Source: Erysipelothrix larvae (GTDB lineage: Bacteria; Bacillota_I; Bacilli_A; Erysipelotrichales; Erysipelotrichaceae). From it: a DNA stretch of 32,000 nucleotides. Of this stretch, positions 15,156 through 26,870 are shown in pieces. The notes beneath the pieces are model-generated. The model saw nothing but the letters and a program-made list of their open reading frames with translations. It was not told where the DNA came from and did no database searches. The translations under genes and the position numbers were made by a program. The stretch lies in the NCBI RefSeq assembly GCF_001545095.1, contig NZ_CP013213.1:180001-212000 (forward strand). The letters run 5' to 3'. Numbering within the stretch: the stretch's first letter is position 1; every line of letters starts with the position of its first letter.

Positions 15156-18100
15156 ATGGAGAAAAACCAAGTATATCGTATTAAGAAATTTGGGAATAAA
15201 GCAGAACGCCGCGATTATTCTCAAGTAAGTGGGCAATTAGATTTGCCAAATCTAGTTGAAATTCAAACTGAGGCTTATGAGTGGTTCAAAAATGAGGGAT
15301 TACCAGAGGTCTTCAATGAAATCTATCCTATAATTAGCCATAATGAAAATGTTCGTTTACGATTCGTAAATTACGAATTTGATGAACCAAAATATAATGT
15401 AGATGAGTGTCGTACTCGAGAAGCAACTTACGCTGCTCCTTTACGCGCAAAGATGCGTTTAGAGTTAGTAGATCGCCAAACTGGTGAAGTAATTGAAAAA
15501 GAAGAGGAAGTTTTCTTGGGTGATTTACCATTGATGACTGAATCTGGAACGTTCATTATTAATGGAGCAGAACGTGTAATCGTTTCACAAATTGTTCGTT
15601 CACCCGGTGCTTATTTTAAAACTGAAACAGATGAAAAAACAGGACGTGACACCTATACTTCTGAAATGATACCAAGTCGTGGTACATGGTTAGAATATAT
15701 GAGTGATGATCGTAAAGCTGCAACAGGTCGTGTTGTTAACATGAAGGTTGACCGTAAACGTACAATCGTTTCATCAATCCTTTTCAAAGCATTCGGTATG
15801 AGTCTTGACCTTCTTGAAGGTGAAGATGGAATGGAAACTACAGCATTCAAATCATTCCTTAAAGCAATGAACTTACCTATAAATGAAGAATGGGACGCGG
15901 TTTCAAGTGAAGGCCGTGAGTTTTTGAGTCTATACGCTTTATTATATACAGCGTATTTTGGAAACTATCCTGAAATCGTAAATACACTTGTTCAAGATAA
16001 GACCGTGACATTTGAAGATTCATTGCGTGTTATGTATGAAAATCAACGTACGGATGAAATTCCGACACTTGATGGTGCGATTACATTAATGCATGCGAAG
16101 TTCTTAGATCCACGTCGTTATGATCTGAATAAAGCAGGTCGTTATAAATTGCATAAGAAATTAGAAATTTATAACCGTATTGGTGGAAATTATCTTGTGA
16201 ATGATCTTAAGGACATTCACGGTAATGTCGTGTTTGCTGCTGGGACGCATGTTGAAATGCGTGATGATATCCTTAAAGCTCGTGAAGTATTGGCTTCAGG
16301 AATTCAAATGGAATCATTCCCACTTCGTAACATCTTCTCTTATCCTGAAATCACTCAAAAGACAGTGTCCAATGAAATTAATTTAGTAGGACGTGTTTTA
16401 GCACGTGATGTTCAAGTGAAGGAAGCTGTATTTGAAGCAGGTCTTGTATTAACACCATCTGACCTTGAAGTGTTAGAAGGACAAGATATTTCAATCTATA
16501 CCGGAATTATCGCAACACCAGTAACGCTTACGAATGCAAACGTGAATGCAGTCCTGAACTATGGTTCACGTCTGTATACATTGGGACGTGTTCTTGATGC
16601 GAATGGTCAAGACCTTGTGTCTGCTAAGGGACTTGTGATTGATCGTTATATTCCAAATACAAATCCTGTGAAATTAAATAAAACAAATGAAAAAGTTGTC
16701 TTTGATGCTGTTGACCAAGGAGCTGTAACCCTTTGGTTGATTGGAGCTGCTGTACAAACAACCTTTGTTCAAACAGAACCAGATACGCAACCGGTTAAGG
16801 TTGTTGGTATCGATCCATTCTTGGAAAAGAAAACAATCGTTGCATCGGATATCTATTCACAATACTCATACTTCTTAAACTTCCTTGATGGTGTTGGAAG
16901 TGATGATGATATTGACCAATTAGGTAACCGCCGTATTCGTACAGTTGGTGAGTTAATTCAAAATCAATTCCGTATTGGTTTAAGCCGTATGGAACGTGTT
17001 GTTAAAGAACGTATGTCGATTACTTCGGATATGTCTAACATGACACCAAAGAACCTTACAAACGTACGTCCATTAACTGCGATGGTTAAAGAGTTCTTCT
17101 CTTCATCACAGTTATCACAATTCATGGACCAAACAAACCCACTTGCGGAACTTACAAACAAACGTCGTATTTCAGCGCTTGGACCAGGTGGTCTTACACG
17201 TGACCGTGCTAGTTTCGAAGTGCGTGACGTTCATAGTTCACACTATGGTCGTATTTGTCCGATTGAAACACCAGAAGGTCCAAATATCGGTCTGATCTCA
17301 AACCTTACAACGTATGGACGGGTGAATGAATATGGATTTATTCAAACACCATACCGTATTGTTAAAGAGGGATTTGTAACTGAAGATGTCGTTTACTTAT
17401 CAGCAGATGATGAAATGGACTATGTTATTGCGCAAGCCAATGAGGTTCTTGAAGGTCACTTTAAATCTGAACAAGTCGTTGTTCGTTATAAAGGTGAAAA
17501 CATCTTGGCTTCAAAAGATACTGTTGAACTTGCAGACGTGAGTCCACGTCAAATCGTATCTGTTGCGACTGCAGCGATTCCATTCTTGGAAAGCGATGAT
17601 GCGTCTCGTGCCCTCATGGGAGCGAACATGCAACGTCAAGCTGTTCCGCTTATGAAGCCAACAGCTCCGTATGTAGGAACTGGTATAGAGCACCGTGTCG
17701 CAAAAGACTCGGGTTCTGCAGTTGTTTCAAAACATACAGGGATTGTGAAGTATGTTGATGCACGTCGCATTGTTATTCTTGATGATGAAGGCGTAGATCA
17801 TACATATCTACTTCAAAAATTCCGTCGTTCAAACCAAGGTATGTGTATTAACCAAAAACCAATTGTTTCTCATGGGGAACGTATTATCGCAGGTGATATG
17901 CTTGCAGATGGTCCTTCAGGAGACAATGGTGAGTTAGCACTTGGACAAAACATTACAGTTGCGTTTATGACTTGGTATGGATATAACTATGAAGATGCGA
18001 TCATCATGAGTGAGCGTCTTGTTAAAGAAGATGTGTATACTTCAATCCATATTGATGAGTACACAATGGAAGTACGAGATACAAAACTTGGACCTGAAGA

Positions 18101-19316
18101 AATCACGCGTGATATTCCAAACGTAAGCGAATCCGCATGTCGTCATCTTGATGCACGTGGAATTGTTATGATTGGTGCTGAAGTTAAAGAAGGTGACATC
18201 CTTGTTGGTAAGGTAACACCGAAGGGACAAAGTGAAATATCACCTGAAGAAAAACTCTTACTTGCAATCTTTGGTGAGAAATCACGTGAAGTGCGTGATA
18301 ACTCAATGAAGGTACCACATGGTGGTAGCGGGATTGTTCAAGACATTCGTATCTTTAGTAGAGATGAAGGTCATGATTTAGATCCAGGTGTCAGTGAAGT
18401 TGTTAAAGTATATATTGTACAAAAACGTAAAATCACAGAAGGTGATAAAATGGCGGGACGTCACGGTAACAAAGGGGTTATCTCGAAGATCTTGCCAGTA
18501 GAAGACATGCCATTTATGGCAGATGGTACAGCAGTCGATGTCATGTTGAATCCACTAGGGGTACCAAGCCGTATGAATATCGGACAAGTATTGGAATTGC
18601 ACTTAGGACTTGCTGCTAAGAATCTTGGTGTGAAGTTTGCAACCCCAGTATTTGATGGTATTGAAACCGATGAACTCTTTAATATTATGAAAGAAGGCCA
18701 TGTAAGTGATGATGGTAAAATGACCTTGTACGATGGACGTACTGGGGAAGCCTTTGATGAGCGTATCTCAGTAGGTGTTATGTACCTCATTAAACTTTCA
18801 CACATGGTTGACGATAAATTGCATGCACGTGCAACAGGGCCATACTCACTTGTAACGCAACAACCATTGGGTGGTAAAGCACAAAATGGTGGACAACGTT
18901 TCGGGGAAATGGAAGTTTGGGCACTTTATGCATACGGTGCAGCACATACGCTTCAAGAATTAATGACAATTAAGTCGGATGACATCAATGGTCGTACGAA
19001 GACTTATGCAGCAATTCAAAATGGCCGTGATATTCCTGAACCAGGAATTCCTGAATCATTTAGAGTTCTTAAGCATGAGCTTCAAGCCTTGGCACTGGAT
19101 GTTAAGTTCTTGGATGAAAGTGAAACAGAAATCAAACTCACATTAGGAGAAGTTCTTGATGATGAGGAAGAAGTTTCTGTAACAACAGAATATGGTATTG
19201 ATACAGAAACTGAAGACGAAAGCTACAGTGATTCTGATGAACTGATTTCTGATGATGAGGAAGAAGTGACTCAAGAACCTGTCGTTGTCGGATTTGATGA
19301 CGAATATGAAGATTAA
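15156..19316 (+). CDS. rpoB: DNA-directed RNA polymerase subunit beta (1386 aa, enlarged)
   Basis: Full set of conserved beta blocks: [146 protein letters not shown]. Acidic C-terminal tail. Confidence 0.97.
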   Translation: MEKNQVYRIKKFGNKAERRDYSQVSGQLDLPNLVEIQTEAYEWFKNEGLPEVFNEIYPIISHNENVRLRFVNYEFDEPKYNVDECRTREATYAAPLRAKMRLELVDRQTGEVIEKEEEVFLGDLPLMTESGTFIINGAERVIVSQIVRSPGAYFKTETDEKTGRDTYTSEMIPSRGTWLEYMSDDRKAATGRVVNMKVDRKRTIVSSILFKAFGMSLDLLEGEDGMETTAFKSFLKAMNLPINEEWDAVSSEGREFLSLYALLYTAYFGNYPEIVNTLVQDKTVTFEDSLRVMYENQRTDEIPTLDGAITLMHAKFLDPRRYDLNKAGRYKLHKKLEIYNRIGGNYLVNDLKDIHGNVVFAAGTHVEMRDDILKAREVLASGIQMESFPLRNIFSYPEITQKTVSNEINLVGRVLARDVQVKEAVFEAGLVLTPSDLEVLEGQDISIYTGIIATPVTLTNANVNAVLNYGSRLYTLGRVLDANGQDLVSAKGLVIDRYIPNTNPVKLNKTNEKVVFDAVDQGAVTLWLIGAAVQTTFVQTEPDTQPVKVVGIDPFLEKKTIVASDIYSQYSYFLNFLDGVGSDDDIDQLGNRRIRTVGELIQNQFRIGLSRMERVVKERMSITSDMSNMTPKNLTNVRPLTAMVKEFFSSSQLSQFMDQTNPLAELTNKRRISALGPGGLTRDRASFEVRDVHSSHYGRICPIETPEGPNIGLISNLTTYGRVNEYGFIQTPYRIVKEGFVTEDVVYLSADDEMDYVIAQANEVLEGHFKSEQVVVRYKGENILASKDTVELADVSPRQIVSVATAAIPFLESDDASRALMGANMQRQAVPLMKPTAPYVGTGIEHRVAKDSGSAVVSKHTGIVKYVDARRIVILDDEGVDHTYLLQKFRRSNQGMCINQKPIVSHGERIIAGDMLADGPSGDNGELALGQNITVAFMTWYGYNYEDAIIMSERLVKEDVYTSIHIDEYTMEVRDTKLGPEEITRDIPNVSESACRHLDARGIVMIGAEVKEGDILVGKVTPKGQSEISPEEKLLLAIFGEKSREVRDNSMKVPHGGSGIVQDIRIFSRDEGHDLDPGVSEVVKVYIVQKRKITEGDKMAGRHGNKGVISKILPVEDMPFMADGTAVDVMLNPLGVPSRMNIGQVLELHLGLAAKNLGVKFATPVFDGIETDELFNIMKEGHVSDDGKMTLYDGRTGEAFDERISVGVMYLIKLSHMVDDKLHARATGPYSLVTQQPLGGKAQNGGQRFGEMEVWALYAYGAAHTLQELMTIKSDDINGRTKTYAAIQNGRDIPEPGIPESFRVLKHELQALALDVKFLDESETEIKLTLGEVLDDEEEVSVTTEYGIDTETEDESYSDSDELISDDEEEVTQEPVVVGFDDEYED

Positions 19317-19330
19317 GGAGGCGTGAACAT

Positions 19331-22300
19331 ATGAGCATAAACAATTTTGCCTCGATTCAACTAGCACTTGCTTCACCAGAAAGAATCTTTGAATGGTCTT
19401 ATGGTGAAGTTAAGAAGCCTGAAACGATTAATTACCGTTCTCAAAAACCAGAACGTGACGGACTTTTCTGCGAGCGTATTTTTGGTCCAACAAAGGACTG
19501 GGAATGTTATTGTGGAAAATATAAGAAAGTACGTTACCGCGGTGTCGTTTGTGATCGCTGTGGTGTTGAAGTAACAAAAGCATCCGTACGTCGTGAACGT
19601 ATGGGACATATCGAATTAGCAGCACCTGTTGCACATATTTGGTATCTACGTGGTATTCCATCACGTATGAGTTTATTACTCAACATTACACCAAAGAATT
19701 TGGAAGAAGTTGTATACTTTGTTAAGTGGGTTGTTACAGATCCACGCGATACAAATCTAGAATACAAACAAATCCTCAATGAAAAAGAATACCGTGATTA
19801 TCAACAAGAATTCGGTTATGTTTCATTTGAAGCACAAACCGGAGCCGAAGCGATTCGTACGCTTCTAGCGCAAGCAGATTTAGATGCTGAACATCAAGAT
19901 ATTATGGCTCAGCTTGAATCCGCAAAAGGTGACAAACGCCGTCGATTGATTCGTCGTTTGGAAACTGTTGAAGCCTTCATTAATTCAGATAACAAGCCTG
20001 AGTGGATGGTACTTTCAGTATTACCAGTTATTCCACCAGACTTGCGTCCAATGCTTCAACTTGATGGGGGTCGTTTCGCTGCATCTGACTTGAATGACCT
20101 TTATCGCCGTGTTATTACACGTAACAACCGTCTTAAGAAATTACTTGAGATGGGAACACCTGCAATCATTGTTCAAAACGAAAAACGTATGTTACAAGAA
20201 GCTGTAGATGCTTTGATTGACAACGGACGTCGTTCAAAACCAGTTACAGGTGCAGGTGGTCGTCCATTAAAATCACTCTCACACAACTTAAAAGGGAAAC
20301 AAGGTCGTTTCCGTCAAAACTTACTGGGTAAGCGTGTTGACTTCTCAGGTCGTTCTGTTATCGCAGTTGGACCAGACTTGAAGATGTATGAATGTGGTAT
20401 TCCTAAAGAAATGGCAATCAATCTCTTTAAACCATTTGTTGTAAATGAAATGAAGATTCGTGGCATCAGCAACAATGCGAAAGCCGCTGAAAAATTGATC
20501 GAACGCCAAGATCCTCGTGTGTGGGATGTTGTGGAAGATGTCATTAGAGATCATCCAGTACTGTTAAACCGTGCGCCAACACTTCACCGTCTTGGGATCC
20601 AAGCGTTTAAACCAAAACTAATTGAAGGACGTGCGATTCGTCTTCACCCGCTTGTAACACCTGCGTTTAACGCGGACTTTGATGGTGACCAAATGGCGGT
20701 TCACGTGCCTCTATCAGAAATGGCTCAAGCAGAAGCTGAAATTCTAATGCTTGGTTCACATAATATCCTTGGACCTAAAGATGGTAAACCAATCGTTACA
20801 CCATCACAGGATATGGTTTTAGGTAACTTCTATCTAACAATGGAAGAAACAAAAGAAGAGTTCTTTGAAAAAGCAGATGAACTTGAATCATTAGGCGACT
20901 TCCAAGGTGCTGAAAAATGGCGTAACTTTGGTAATAACCAAGGTAAGGCGTTTAGAAGTGTTAACGAAGCACGCCTTGCATATGAACAAGGCTTTATCCA
21001 CTTGCATACACGTATCTGCATTCGTGCTGCTTCCTTGAACAAAGGAAACTTCAGTGCAAAACAAAATGGACTTTATCTTATCACAACACTTGGTAAGTTA
21101 ATCTTCAATGAAATGTTCCCATCTGATTTCCCTTACTTGAATGAAGTAAACAAAGATAACTTTAAGACAACTCCAGATAAGTTCTTTGTGCAAATGGGAC
21201 AAGATGTACCTGAAATTATCAGTCAAATGCCTTTAAATGCTGACTTCAAGAAAAAAGATCTTGAGATCATTATCAAGGAAATCTTTGATCGTTATTCAAC
21301 CGATAAGACTTCTGAGATTCTTGACCAAATTAAAGATCTTGGATTCTTGTACTCAACGCGTGCGGGTATGACTGTTGCGCTTAGTGACATTAATGTTGCC
21401 CCTAACAAGCAAAAATACATCGATGAAGGGAAAGAAAAAGCAGTTCGCTTGATGACTCAATTCGATCGTGGTCTTCTCACACCTCAAGAGTGGGAAGGTA
21501 AATTAATGCAACTTTGGGATGGCGTTAAAAACGTTGTTGGTAGCGAGTTGATGCAAAACCTTGAACGTAAAAACCCGATTAATATGATGGCGACTTCTGG
21601 AGCGCGTGGTAACGTTTCTAACTTTACGCAGCTCGCAGGTATGCGTGGTCTTATGGCACGTCCTACTCAGTCTAAGTCAAACAAAGGATTCCAACCAAGT
21701 ATTATTGAGGTTCCGATCTATTCTTCATTCCGTGAAGGTCTAAACGTGAGTGAGTTCTTTAACTCAACCCACGGTGTGCGTAAAGGGATGACCGATACTG
21801 CGCTTAAGACTGCGGAATCTGGATACTTAACACGTCGTCTGGTTGACGTTGCGCAAGACGTCATGATTACTGAAGATGACTGTGGTGCTGCTGAAGGTTA
21901 TGTAGTAGCAGAAATTATTGATCAAAAATCAAATACAATCATTGAATCATTGTATGATCGTTTAGTGGGTCGATATATCAAAGAAACAATCGTTGATCCA
22001 AAAACTAAAGAAGTGATTATCGAAGAAGATGAATTCATCGATGAAATTATTGCACGTCGTATTGTGAACTCTGGAATAAAAGAAGTGTCCATTCGTAACG
22101 TGTTTACCTGTGAAGCGAAACACGGTATCTGTGCGAAATGTTACGGTCGTAACATGGCTACAGGTCAAGTGGTTGAAGGTGGAGAAGCTGTGGGTATTAT
22201 GGCGGCTCAATCAATCGGGGAACCAGGTACACAGCTAACAATGCGTACATTCCATACCGGAGGGGTTGCGACAGCTGGTGGGGAAGATATCACTCAAGGT

Positions 22301-23110
22301 CTTCCACGTGTTGAGGAACTTTTCGAAGCACGTACTCCAAAACTTGCTGCAATCATTTCTGAAATCACAGGTGAAGTAACTGATATTCGTCAAAATGATG
22401 ACGGTATTGGCTACATTATTACCGTAACAAACGACAAACGTACCGTTGAACACAAAACACTTCCAAATCAACCAGCTCGTTCATGGTTGAAACCAGGTGT
22501 TGAAGTGCATGCGGGTGAGAAACTCACTGAAGGATCTGTTGATCCAAAACAACTTCTTGAATTTGCAGGTCGTTCTGCAGTACAAGATTACATCTTGAAA
22601 GAAGTTAAGAAAGTATACCAAAGCGGTGGTATTGAAATCTCTGATAAGCACCTTGAGGTAATGATTCGTCAAATGATGCGTAAAGTTATGATCGTTGATG
22701 GCCAAGACACAGGCATTAGCCCAGGTGTTCAAATCAACATCGAACGTATGCATGACATTAACGAAAATGCACTACTTTCTGGACAATTACCTGCACGTTT
22801 CCGTCCTGTATTAATGGGTATTTCGAAAGCGTCTGTTGAAACTGAATCATTCCTATCTGCTGCATCATTCCAAGAAACGACTAAAGTTCTTACGGATGCT
22901 GCGATTAAGTCAAAAGTGGATCCACTTTCAGGCTTGAAGGAAAATGTTATCATTGGTAAGATGATTCCTGCGGGAACGGGTTACCATGGTCACAGAGAAT
23001 CAACAGTTCGTATTCATGAACTTGCAGCTGAACTGAAGGAAATGCGTGAAGAACGTAACATCCAAGAAGAAGAAGCAAGCTCAATTCTACAAGAAATCGT
23101 ACGCGGTTAA
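19331..23110 (+). CDS. rpoC: DNA-directed RNA polymerase subunit beta-prime (1259 aa)
   Basis: Zn-finger [23 protein letters not shown] and catalytic [12 protein letters not shown]. Also [20 protein letters not shown], and a trigger-loop/bridge region. SD GGAGG lies 7 nt upstream, 14 nt after the rpoB stop. Confidence 0.97.
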   Translation: MSINNFASIQLALASPERIFEWSYGEVKKPETINYRSQKPERDGLFCERIFGPTKDWECYCGKYKKVRYRGVVCDRCGVEVTKASVRRERMGHIELAAPVAHIWYLRGIPSRMSLLLNITPKNLEEVVYFVKWVVTDPRDTNLEYKQILNEKEYRDYQQEFGYVSFEAQTGAEAIRTLLAQADLDAEHQDIMAQLESAKGDKRRRLIRRLETVEAFINSDNKPEWMVLSVLPVIPPDLRPMLQLDGGRFAASDLNDLYRRVITRNNRLKKLLEMGTPAIIVQNEKRMLQEAVDALIDNGRRSKPVTGAGGRPLKSLSHNLKGKQGRFRQNLLGKRVDFSGRSVIAVGPDLKMYECGIPKEMAINLFKPFVVNEMKIRGISNNAKAAEKLIERQDPRVWDVVEDVIRDHPVLLNRAPTLHRLGIQAFKPKLIEGRAIRLHPLVTPAFNADFDGDQMAVHVPLSEMAQAEAEILMLGSHNILGPKDGKPIVTPSQDMVLGNFYLTMEETKEEFFEKADELESLGDFQGAEKWRNFGNNQGKAFRSVNEARLAYEQGFIHLHTRICIRAASLNKGNFSAKQNGLYLITTLGKLIFNEMFPSDFPYLNEVNKDNFKTTPDKFFVQMGQDVPEIISQMPLNADFKKKDLEIIIKEIFDRYSTDKTSEILDQIKDLGFLYSTRAGMTVALSDINVAPNKQKYIDEGKEKAVRLMTQFDRGLLTPQEWEGKLMQLWDGVKNVVGSELMQNLERKNPINMMATSGARGNVSNFTQLAGMRGLMARPTQSKSNKGFQPSIIEVPIYSSFREGLNVSEFFNSTHGVRKGMTDTALKTAESGYLTRRLVDVAQDVMITEDDCGAAEGYVVAEIIDQKSNTIIESLYDRLVGRYIKETIVDPKTKEVIIEEDEFIDEIIARRIVNSGIKEVSIRNVFTCEAKHGICAKCYGRNMATGQVVEGGEAVGIMAAQSIGEPGTQLTMRTFHTGGVATAGGEDITQGLPRVEELFEARTPKLAAIISEITGEVTDIRQNDDGIGYIITVTNDKRTVEHKTLPNQPARSWLKPGVEVHAGEKLTEGSVDPKQLLEFAGRSAVQDYILKEVKKVYQSGGIEISDKHLEVMIRQMMRKVMIVDGQDTGISPGVQINIERMHDINENALLSGQLPARFRPVLMGISKASVETESFLSAASFQETTKVLTDAAIKSKVDPLSGLKENVIIGKMIPAGTGYHGHRESTVRIHELAAELKEMREERNIQEEEASSILQEIVRG

Positions 23111-23116
23111 CCAAAG

Positions 23117-23144
23117 CGACACATCCAATGGGTGTGTCGTTTTT
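23117..23144 (+). terminator. rho-independent terminator after rpoC
   Basis: cgacaca / tgtgtcg stem with loop tccaatggg, followed by ttttt. It starts 7 nt after the rpoC stop. Confidence 0.7.
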
Positions 23145-23145
23145 A

Positions 23146-23154
23146 TGTTATAAT
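23146..23154 (+). promoter_or_regulatory. possible extended -10 promoter (TGtTATAAT) for the dehydrogenase gene
   Basis: TG-n-TATAAT lies directly after the rpoC terminator, with no good -35. The predicted transcript start would fall very close to the SD GAGGTG (23161-23166), so this is tentative. Confidence 0.3.
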
Positions 23155-23172
23155 GCATTTGAGGTGATGATA

Positions 23173-24072
23173 ATGAAAGTTTTACTCGACAGAAAGTTCG
23201 AATATATCCTTGAAGAATTAGAGGATGTACGCGATCATATAGTATTTGAGCCTACGGAAGATGTGAGGATGATCTGTGGGGATCATAAATTCGTCAATGA
23301 ATATTACACACTTCCTCATCTTCAAACCATTCAACTCGCTAGTTCAGGGTATAATATGTTGGATTTGGATTATCTCAGAAAACATAAGATAACGCTGTTA
23401 AATTCACGAGGTATCTATAGTATTCCAATTGCTGAGTATGTCGTTAGTTACATCTTAGCAATCTACAAGAAACATCGAATGTTTGATATTTCTCAGGCGA
23501 AACATGAATGGAATCCTGATCGTTCACTCAAAAGCATCGAAGGGTCTACAGCGCTTTTGTTAGGAACCGGAGCGATACCTCAAGAAGTTGTGAAACGACT
23601 TAAAGGCTTTGATGTGACATTCATTGGACTTAACTCCGATGGACGCATGATTGAAGGATTTGATCAATGTGATGCCCTTCCTAACTTTGAGAAATATCTA
23701 AGCAGTGTAGATTTTGTAATCTGTGCACTACCAGAGAATAAAGCAACTGTAAAATTACTGAATAAGACACACTTTTTAAAGATGAAACCGGAGTCTGTTT
23801 TTATAAACGTTGGGAGAGGGTCTCTGATTGACTATGATGATGTTTGTCAGTCAATAGGACATCTCAAAGGGTTTGTGATTGATGTTTTTGAAGTCGAACC
23901 AATGCCTAGTGATCACCCATTATGGGATTGTCCCAATGTTTATATTACGGGACATGCTTCTGCTGGATCACAAAATAATAATCGGCGGACCACTCAACTT
24001 TTTGCGAATAACATCAAACGTATTATCAGCGGAGAAGTGCCTGATAATAGAGTCGATTTAAGAAAGGGATGA
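23173..24072 (+). CDS. D-isomer-specific 2-hydroxyacid dehydrogenase family protein (NAD-binding)
   Basis: Family catalytic-triad context: NVGRGSLID (Arg), DVFEVEP (Glu), ITGHASA (His). The dinucleotide-binding loop is LLGTGAIP, an atypical GxGxxP. ATG 23173 lies 6 nt after the SD GAGGTG. The track start at 23128 lies inside the rpoC terminator. Confidence 0.8.
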   Translation: MKVLLDRKFEYILEELEDVRDHIVFEPTEDVRMICGDHKFVNEYYTLPHLQTIQLASSGYNMLDLDYLRKHKITLLNSRGIYSIPIAEYVVSYILAIYKKHRMFDISQAKHEWNPDRSLKSIEGSTALLLGTGAIPQEVVKRLKGFDVTFIGLNSDGRMIEGFDQCDALPNFEKYLSSVDFVICALPENKATVKLLNKTHFLKMKPESVFINVGRGSLIDYDDVCQSIGHLKGFVIDVFEVEPMPSDHPLWDCPNVYITGHASAGSQNNNRRTTQLFANNIKRIISGEVPDNRVDLRKG

Positions 24073-24086
24073 ATTTCCCTTTTTTT
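24063..24086 (+). terminator. rho-independent terminator
   Basis: aaaggga / tcccttt stem with the TGA stop in the loop, followed by a T-run. Confidence 0.55.
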
Positions 24087-24159
24087 CATAAATTTTTACA
24101 TTGTTTCAGCAAACAAATGAAAAATGTTTCTTAAAAGTGAAAGAAATGTGAAAATTGTG

Positions 24160-24188
24160 TTGACAACGTGTGATTTTAGTTATACAAT
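24160..24188 (+). promoter_or_regulatory. sigma-A promoter of the opp operon
   Basis: TTGACA (24160-24165), an exact 17-nt spacer, then TACAAT (24183-24188). It lies about 40 nt upstream of the oppA start. Confidence 0.6.
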
Positions 24189-24226
24189 CACAACAATTAG
24201 ATGAAAGAATTCGGGAGGAGAAAATT

Positions 24227-25861
24227 ATGCACCAATTCAAAAAGATTTTAATTTCTACACTCGCGCTTCTGCTAGTATTAGCAGGGTGTTCAGGTGGTGA
24301 TACCAATACTGGTAAAGTATTGCGTGTAGCTAAAGATACAGACATTCGTACACTTGATACAAGTGTTGCTACCGATGGTCTATCCTTTGAGGTTATCGAG
24401 CAGTTTACCGATGGGCTTTTGGATTATGATGCTGCAGGAACTATTATTCCGCGCGCTGCAAAAGAACTCCCAACCGTAAGCGATGATGGTCTTACTTATA
24501 CCTTTACACTCAGAGATGATATTTATTGGTACACCAGTGATGGTGAAGAGTATGCACCAGTAACAGCACATGACTTTGTGTTTGCTTGGAGACGTTTAGT
24601 TGACCCAGCAACTGCTAGTGACTATAACTACATGATTACCACAGCACAAATCGTAAATAGCGAACAAGTATACTCAGGTGACTTACCTACAACTGAACTG
24701 GGTGTTGAAGCAACGGATGATAAAACATTGGTTGTTCACCTTGAAAATGCAGTGCCATTCTTTGAACAACTCATGGCATTCCCTGCATTTAATCCTTTGA
24801 ATGAAAAATTTGTTACAGAGAAAGGGGATCAATATGCACTCTCTGTAGAAAATCTACTTTCAAATGGACCATTCATTTTCACTGAATGGACAAAATCAAG
24901 TTCATGGAAACTGACTAAGAATGAAAAATACTATGATGCAGCCAATGTAAATATTGATGGTATTGCTTATACATTATCTGCTGACTACCAAAGTTCAGCA
25001 CTTCAATTTGACAGTGGAACAATTGATGTCACAAAGATTTCCGCATCACTTGTTGATCAATATAAAGATACAGAAGCATTCAAACAAGTTCCAATTGGAT
25101 ATGTTTGGTATATCGCATTTAACCTTGCGAAAGTGGAAATGCTAGAAAACACAGACCTTCGTCTTGCAATTGCTTATGCACTTGACCGTTCTAACATTAC
25201 CGATAACATTATGAAAGATGGATCACTTCCTGCTGAGTATATTGTACCTGTAGGGCTTGCATCATTGAATGGTAAAGATTTCCGTGATGGTATTGATCCA
25301 TTCCTAGCATACAATGTCGCAACTGCAAAAGAGCATATTGAAAAAGCAAAAGCAGCATTGGGTGTTGATAAATTTGAATTTGAACTTCTGATTGAAGATT
25401 CAGAGGAATCAAAAACAAATGCAGCTCAAATTAAAGCTGACCTTGAAGAAATTGGTGTTACTGTAAACATCACATCAATTCCAAAATCTGAGAGACTTGA
25501 ACGTATGCAAGATGCAACACTAGACTATGAACTTGGTCTAACACGTTGGGGTCCTGACTACTCAGACCCATTCACTTACTTAGGTGATAACTTTGGACTT
25601 CATAAAGAACAAATCATTGCATGGAACAATGCAGAATACAATGCATTGATTGAATCAGTATCTCCAGTTGGTTCATTGGCATTACAACCAAATGAACGTT
25701 GGGAAGCAATGAAAGATGCAGAAGAGGTATTCCTCAATAACGCGATCGTAGCTCCAGTATGGCAATCTGGTGAAGCAATGCTGATTAATCCTAAAGTTAC
25801 AGGTATTGAAATTCATGTCGTTGGATCGACTGCATACCGCAATGTGAAGATTGCTGATTAA
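24227..25861 (+). CDS. oppA: oligopeptide ABC transporter substrate-binding lipoprotein (family 5 SBP)
   Basis: Lipoprotein signal peptide with lipobox: MHQFKKILISTLALLLVLAGC-SGG. About 540 aa of SBP_bac_5-like sequence (LRDDIYW, NPLNEKF, WGPDYSDP). SD GGGAGGAG lies 6 nt upstream of ATG 24227. The Opp versus Dpp/App assignment is not resolvable by eye. Confidence 0.85.
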   Translation: MHQFKKILISTLALLLVLAGCSGGDTNTGKVLRVAKDTDIRTLDTSVATDGLSFEVIEQFTDGLLDYDAAGTIIPRAAKELPTVSDDGLTYTFTLRDDIYWYTSDGEEYAPVTAHDFVFAWRRLVDPATASDYNYMITTAQIVNSEQVYSGDLPTTELGVEATDDKTLVVHLENAVPFFEQLMAFPAFNPLNEKFVTEKGDQYALSVENLLSNGPFIFTEWTKSSSWKLTKNEKYYDAANVNIDGIAYTLSADYQSSALQFDSGTIDVTKISASLVDQYKDTEAFKQVPIGYVWYIAFNLAKVEMLENTDLRLAIAYALDRSNITDNIMKDGSLPAEYIVPVGLASLNGKDFRDGIDPFLAYNVATAKEHIEKAKAALGVDKFEFELLIEDSEESKTNAAQIKADLEEIGVTVNITSIPKSERLERMQDATLDYELGLTRWGPDYSDPFTYLGDNFGLHKEQIIAWNNAEYNALIESVSPVGSLALQPNERWEAMKDAEEVFLNNAIVAPVWQSGEAMLINPKVTGIEIHVVGSTAYRNVKIAD

Positions 25862-25885
25862 GAATTAACTCAACTAAAGTACGGC

Positions 25886-25915
25886 ACAGGAGTATTCTAT
25901 GAGTACTCCTGTTTT
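25886..25915 (+). terminator. intra-operon hairpin (partial terminator or stabiliser) between oppA and oppB
   Basis: 9-bp stem acaggagta / tactcctgt with a 9-nt loop, followed by only ttt. Confidence 0.4.
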
Positions 25916-25935
25916 AATCAAAAGGAGGAGAAACT

Positions 25936-26868
25936 ATGTGGAAATATACACTTAAACGGGTATTTTGGGCATGTATTACCTTACTGGTAATATTATTCGT
26001 ATTATTCTTATTGCTCGACTTTATGCCTGGATCTCCATTTAACACAGAAAAACTAACTGCAGAACAACTTGAAATATTGAGACGTTTCTACGGTTTAGAT
26101 CGCCCTTTCTTTGAGAAATTCTTTATATTCTTGAAAAATGCATTAAGAGGTGATTTTGGAATTTCTTATTCAATTTTGAAGAATGCTCCAGTATCTAGCA
26201 TTGTATTACCACGATTAGGGGTATCAATTCGACTTGGATTTCAAGCACTCTTGCTTGGGAGTATCTTCGGTGTGTTATTTGGAACGATATCAGGGTCTAA
26301 ACAAAATTCATGGGCCGATACAATTTCAACGGTTATCGCAGTAATTGGTGTCAGTGTACCGTCATTTGTATTTGCTCTCACACTGAGCTTTACATTAGGT
26401 TATAAACTGGGATGGTTCCCGTTAACGTTTATTACCTCACAACCATTTTTATCTTCAATACTACCAACAATTTCACTGTCAATGTTTATCATGGCGCAAG
26501 TAACACGGTTCTTAAGAACTGAATTTGTTGAGGTATTGGATTCAGAATATATCAAACTTGCACGCGTTAAAGGGCTTCCTCGAAAACAACAAATCTTTGG
26601 TCATGGATTTAGGAATGCCTTAATCTCAGTCATTACAATATATGGACCGCTTGTTGTAAATGTATTAACCGGTTCATTGGTTGTTGAGAAAATATTTAGT
26701 ATCCCAGGAATAGGGAGTATGCTTGTGACTGCGATTCAAAGTAGTGACTACAATGTAATCGTCATGATTGCCTTTATCTATAGTGCTTTATACATCGTCG
26801 TGAACTTGATCGTTGATATTTTATATGGTGTCATTGATCCACGAATTCGTGTTGGAAAGGGGGCATAA
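25936..26868 (+). CDS. oppB: oligopeptide ABC transporter permease
   Basis: 310 aa, about 6 TM helices. OppB/DppB-type N-terminus (YTLKRVFWACITLLVILFVLFLL.DFMPGSPF) and an EAA-loop region EYIKLARVKGLPRKQQIFGHGFRNAL. SD AGGAGGAG. Confidence 0.9.
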   Translation: MWKYTLKRVFWACITLLVILFVLFLLLDFMPGSPFNTEKLTAEQLEILRRFYGLDRPFFEKFFIFLKNALRGDFGISYSILKNAPVSSIVLPRLGVSIRLGFQALLLGSIFGVLFGTISGSKQNSWADTISTVIAVIGVSVPSFVFALTLSFTLGYKLGWFPLTFITSQPFLSSILPTISLSMFIMAQVTRFLRTEFVEVLDSEYIKLARVKGLPRKQQIFGHGFRNALISVITIYGPLVVNVLTGSLVVEKIFSIPGIGSMLVTAIQSSDYNVIVMIAFIYSALYIVVNLIVDILYGVIDPRIRVGKGA

Positions 26869-26870
26869 CA

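Noticed and set aside
15334-22953. Numerous 60-115-aa ORFs antisense to or out of frame within rpoB and rpoC (e.g. 18461-18805, 19373-19779, 22481-22753)
   Set aside because: They lie wholly inside strongly supported, conserved genes. They have no SD signals, and their compositions are low-complexity mirrors of the sense codons.
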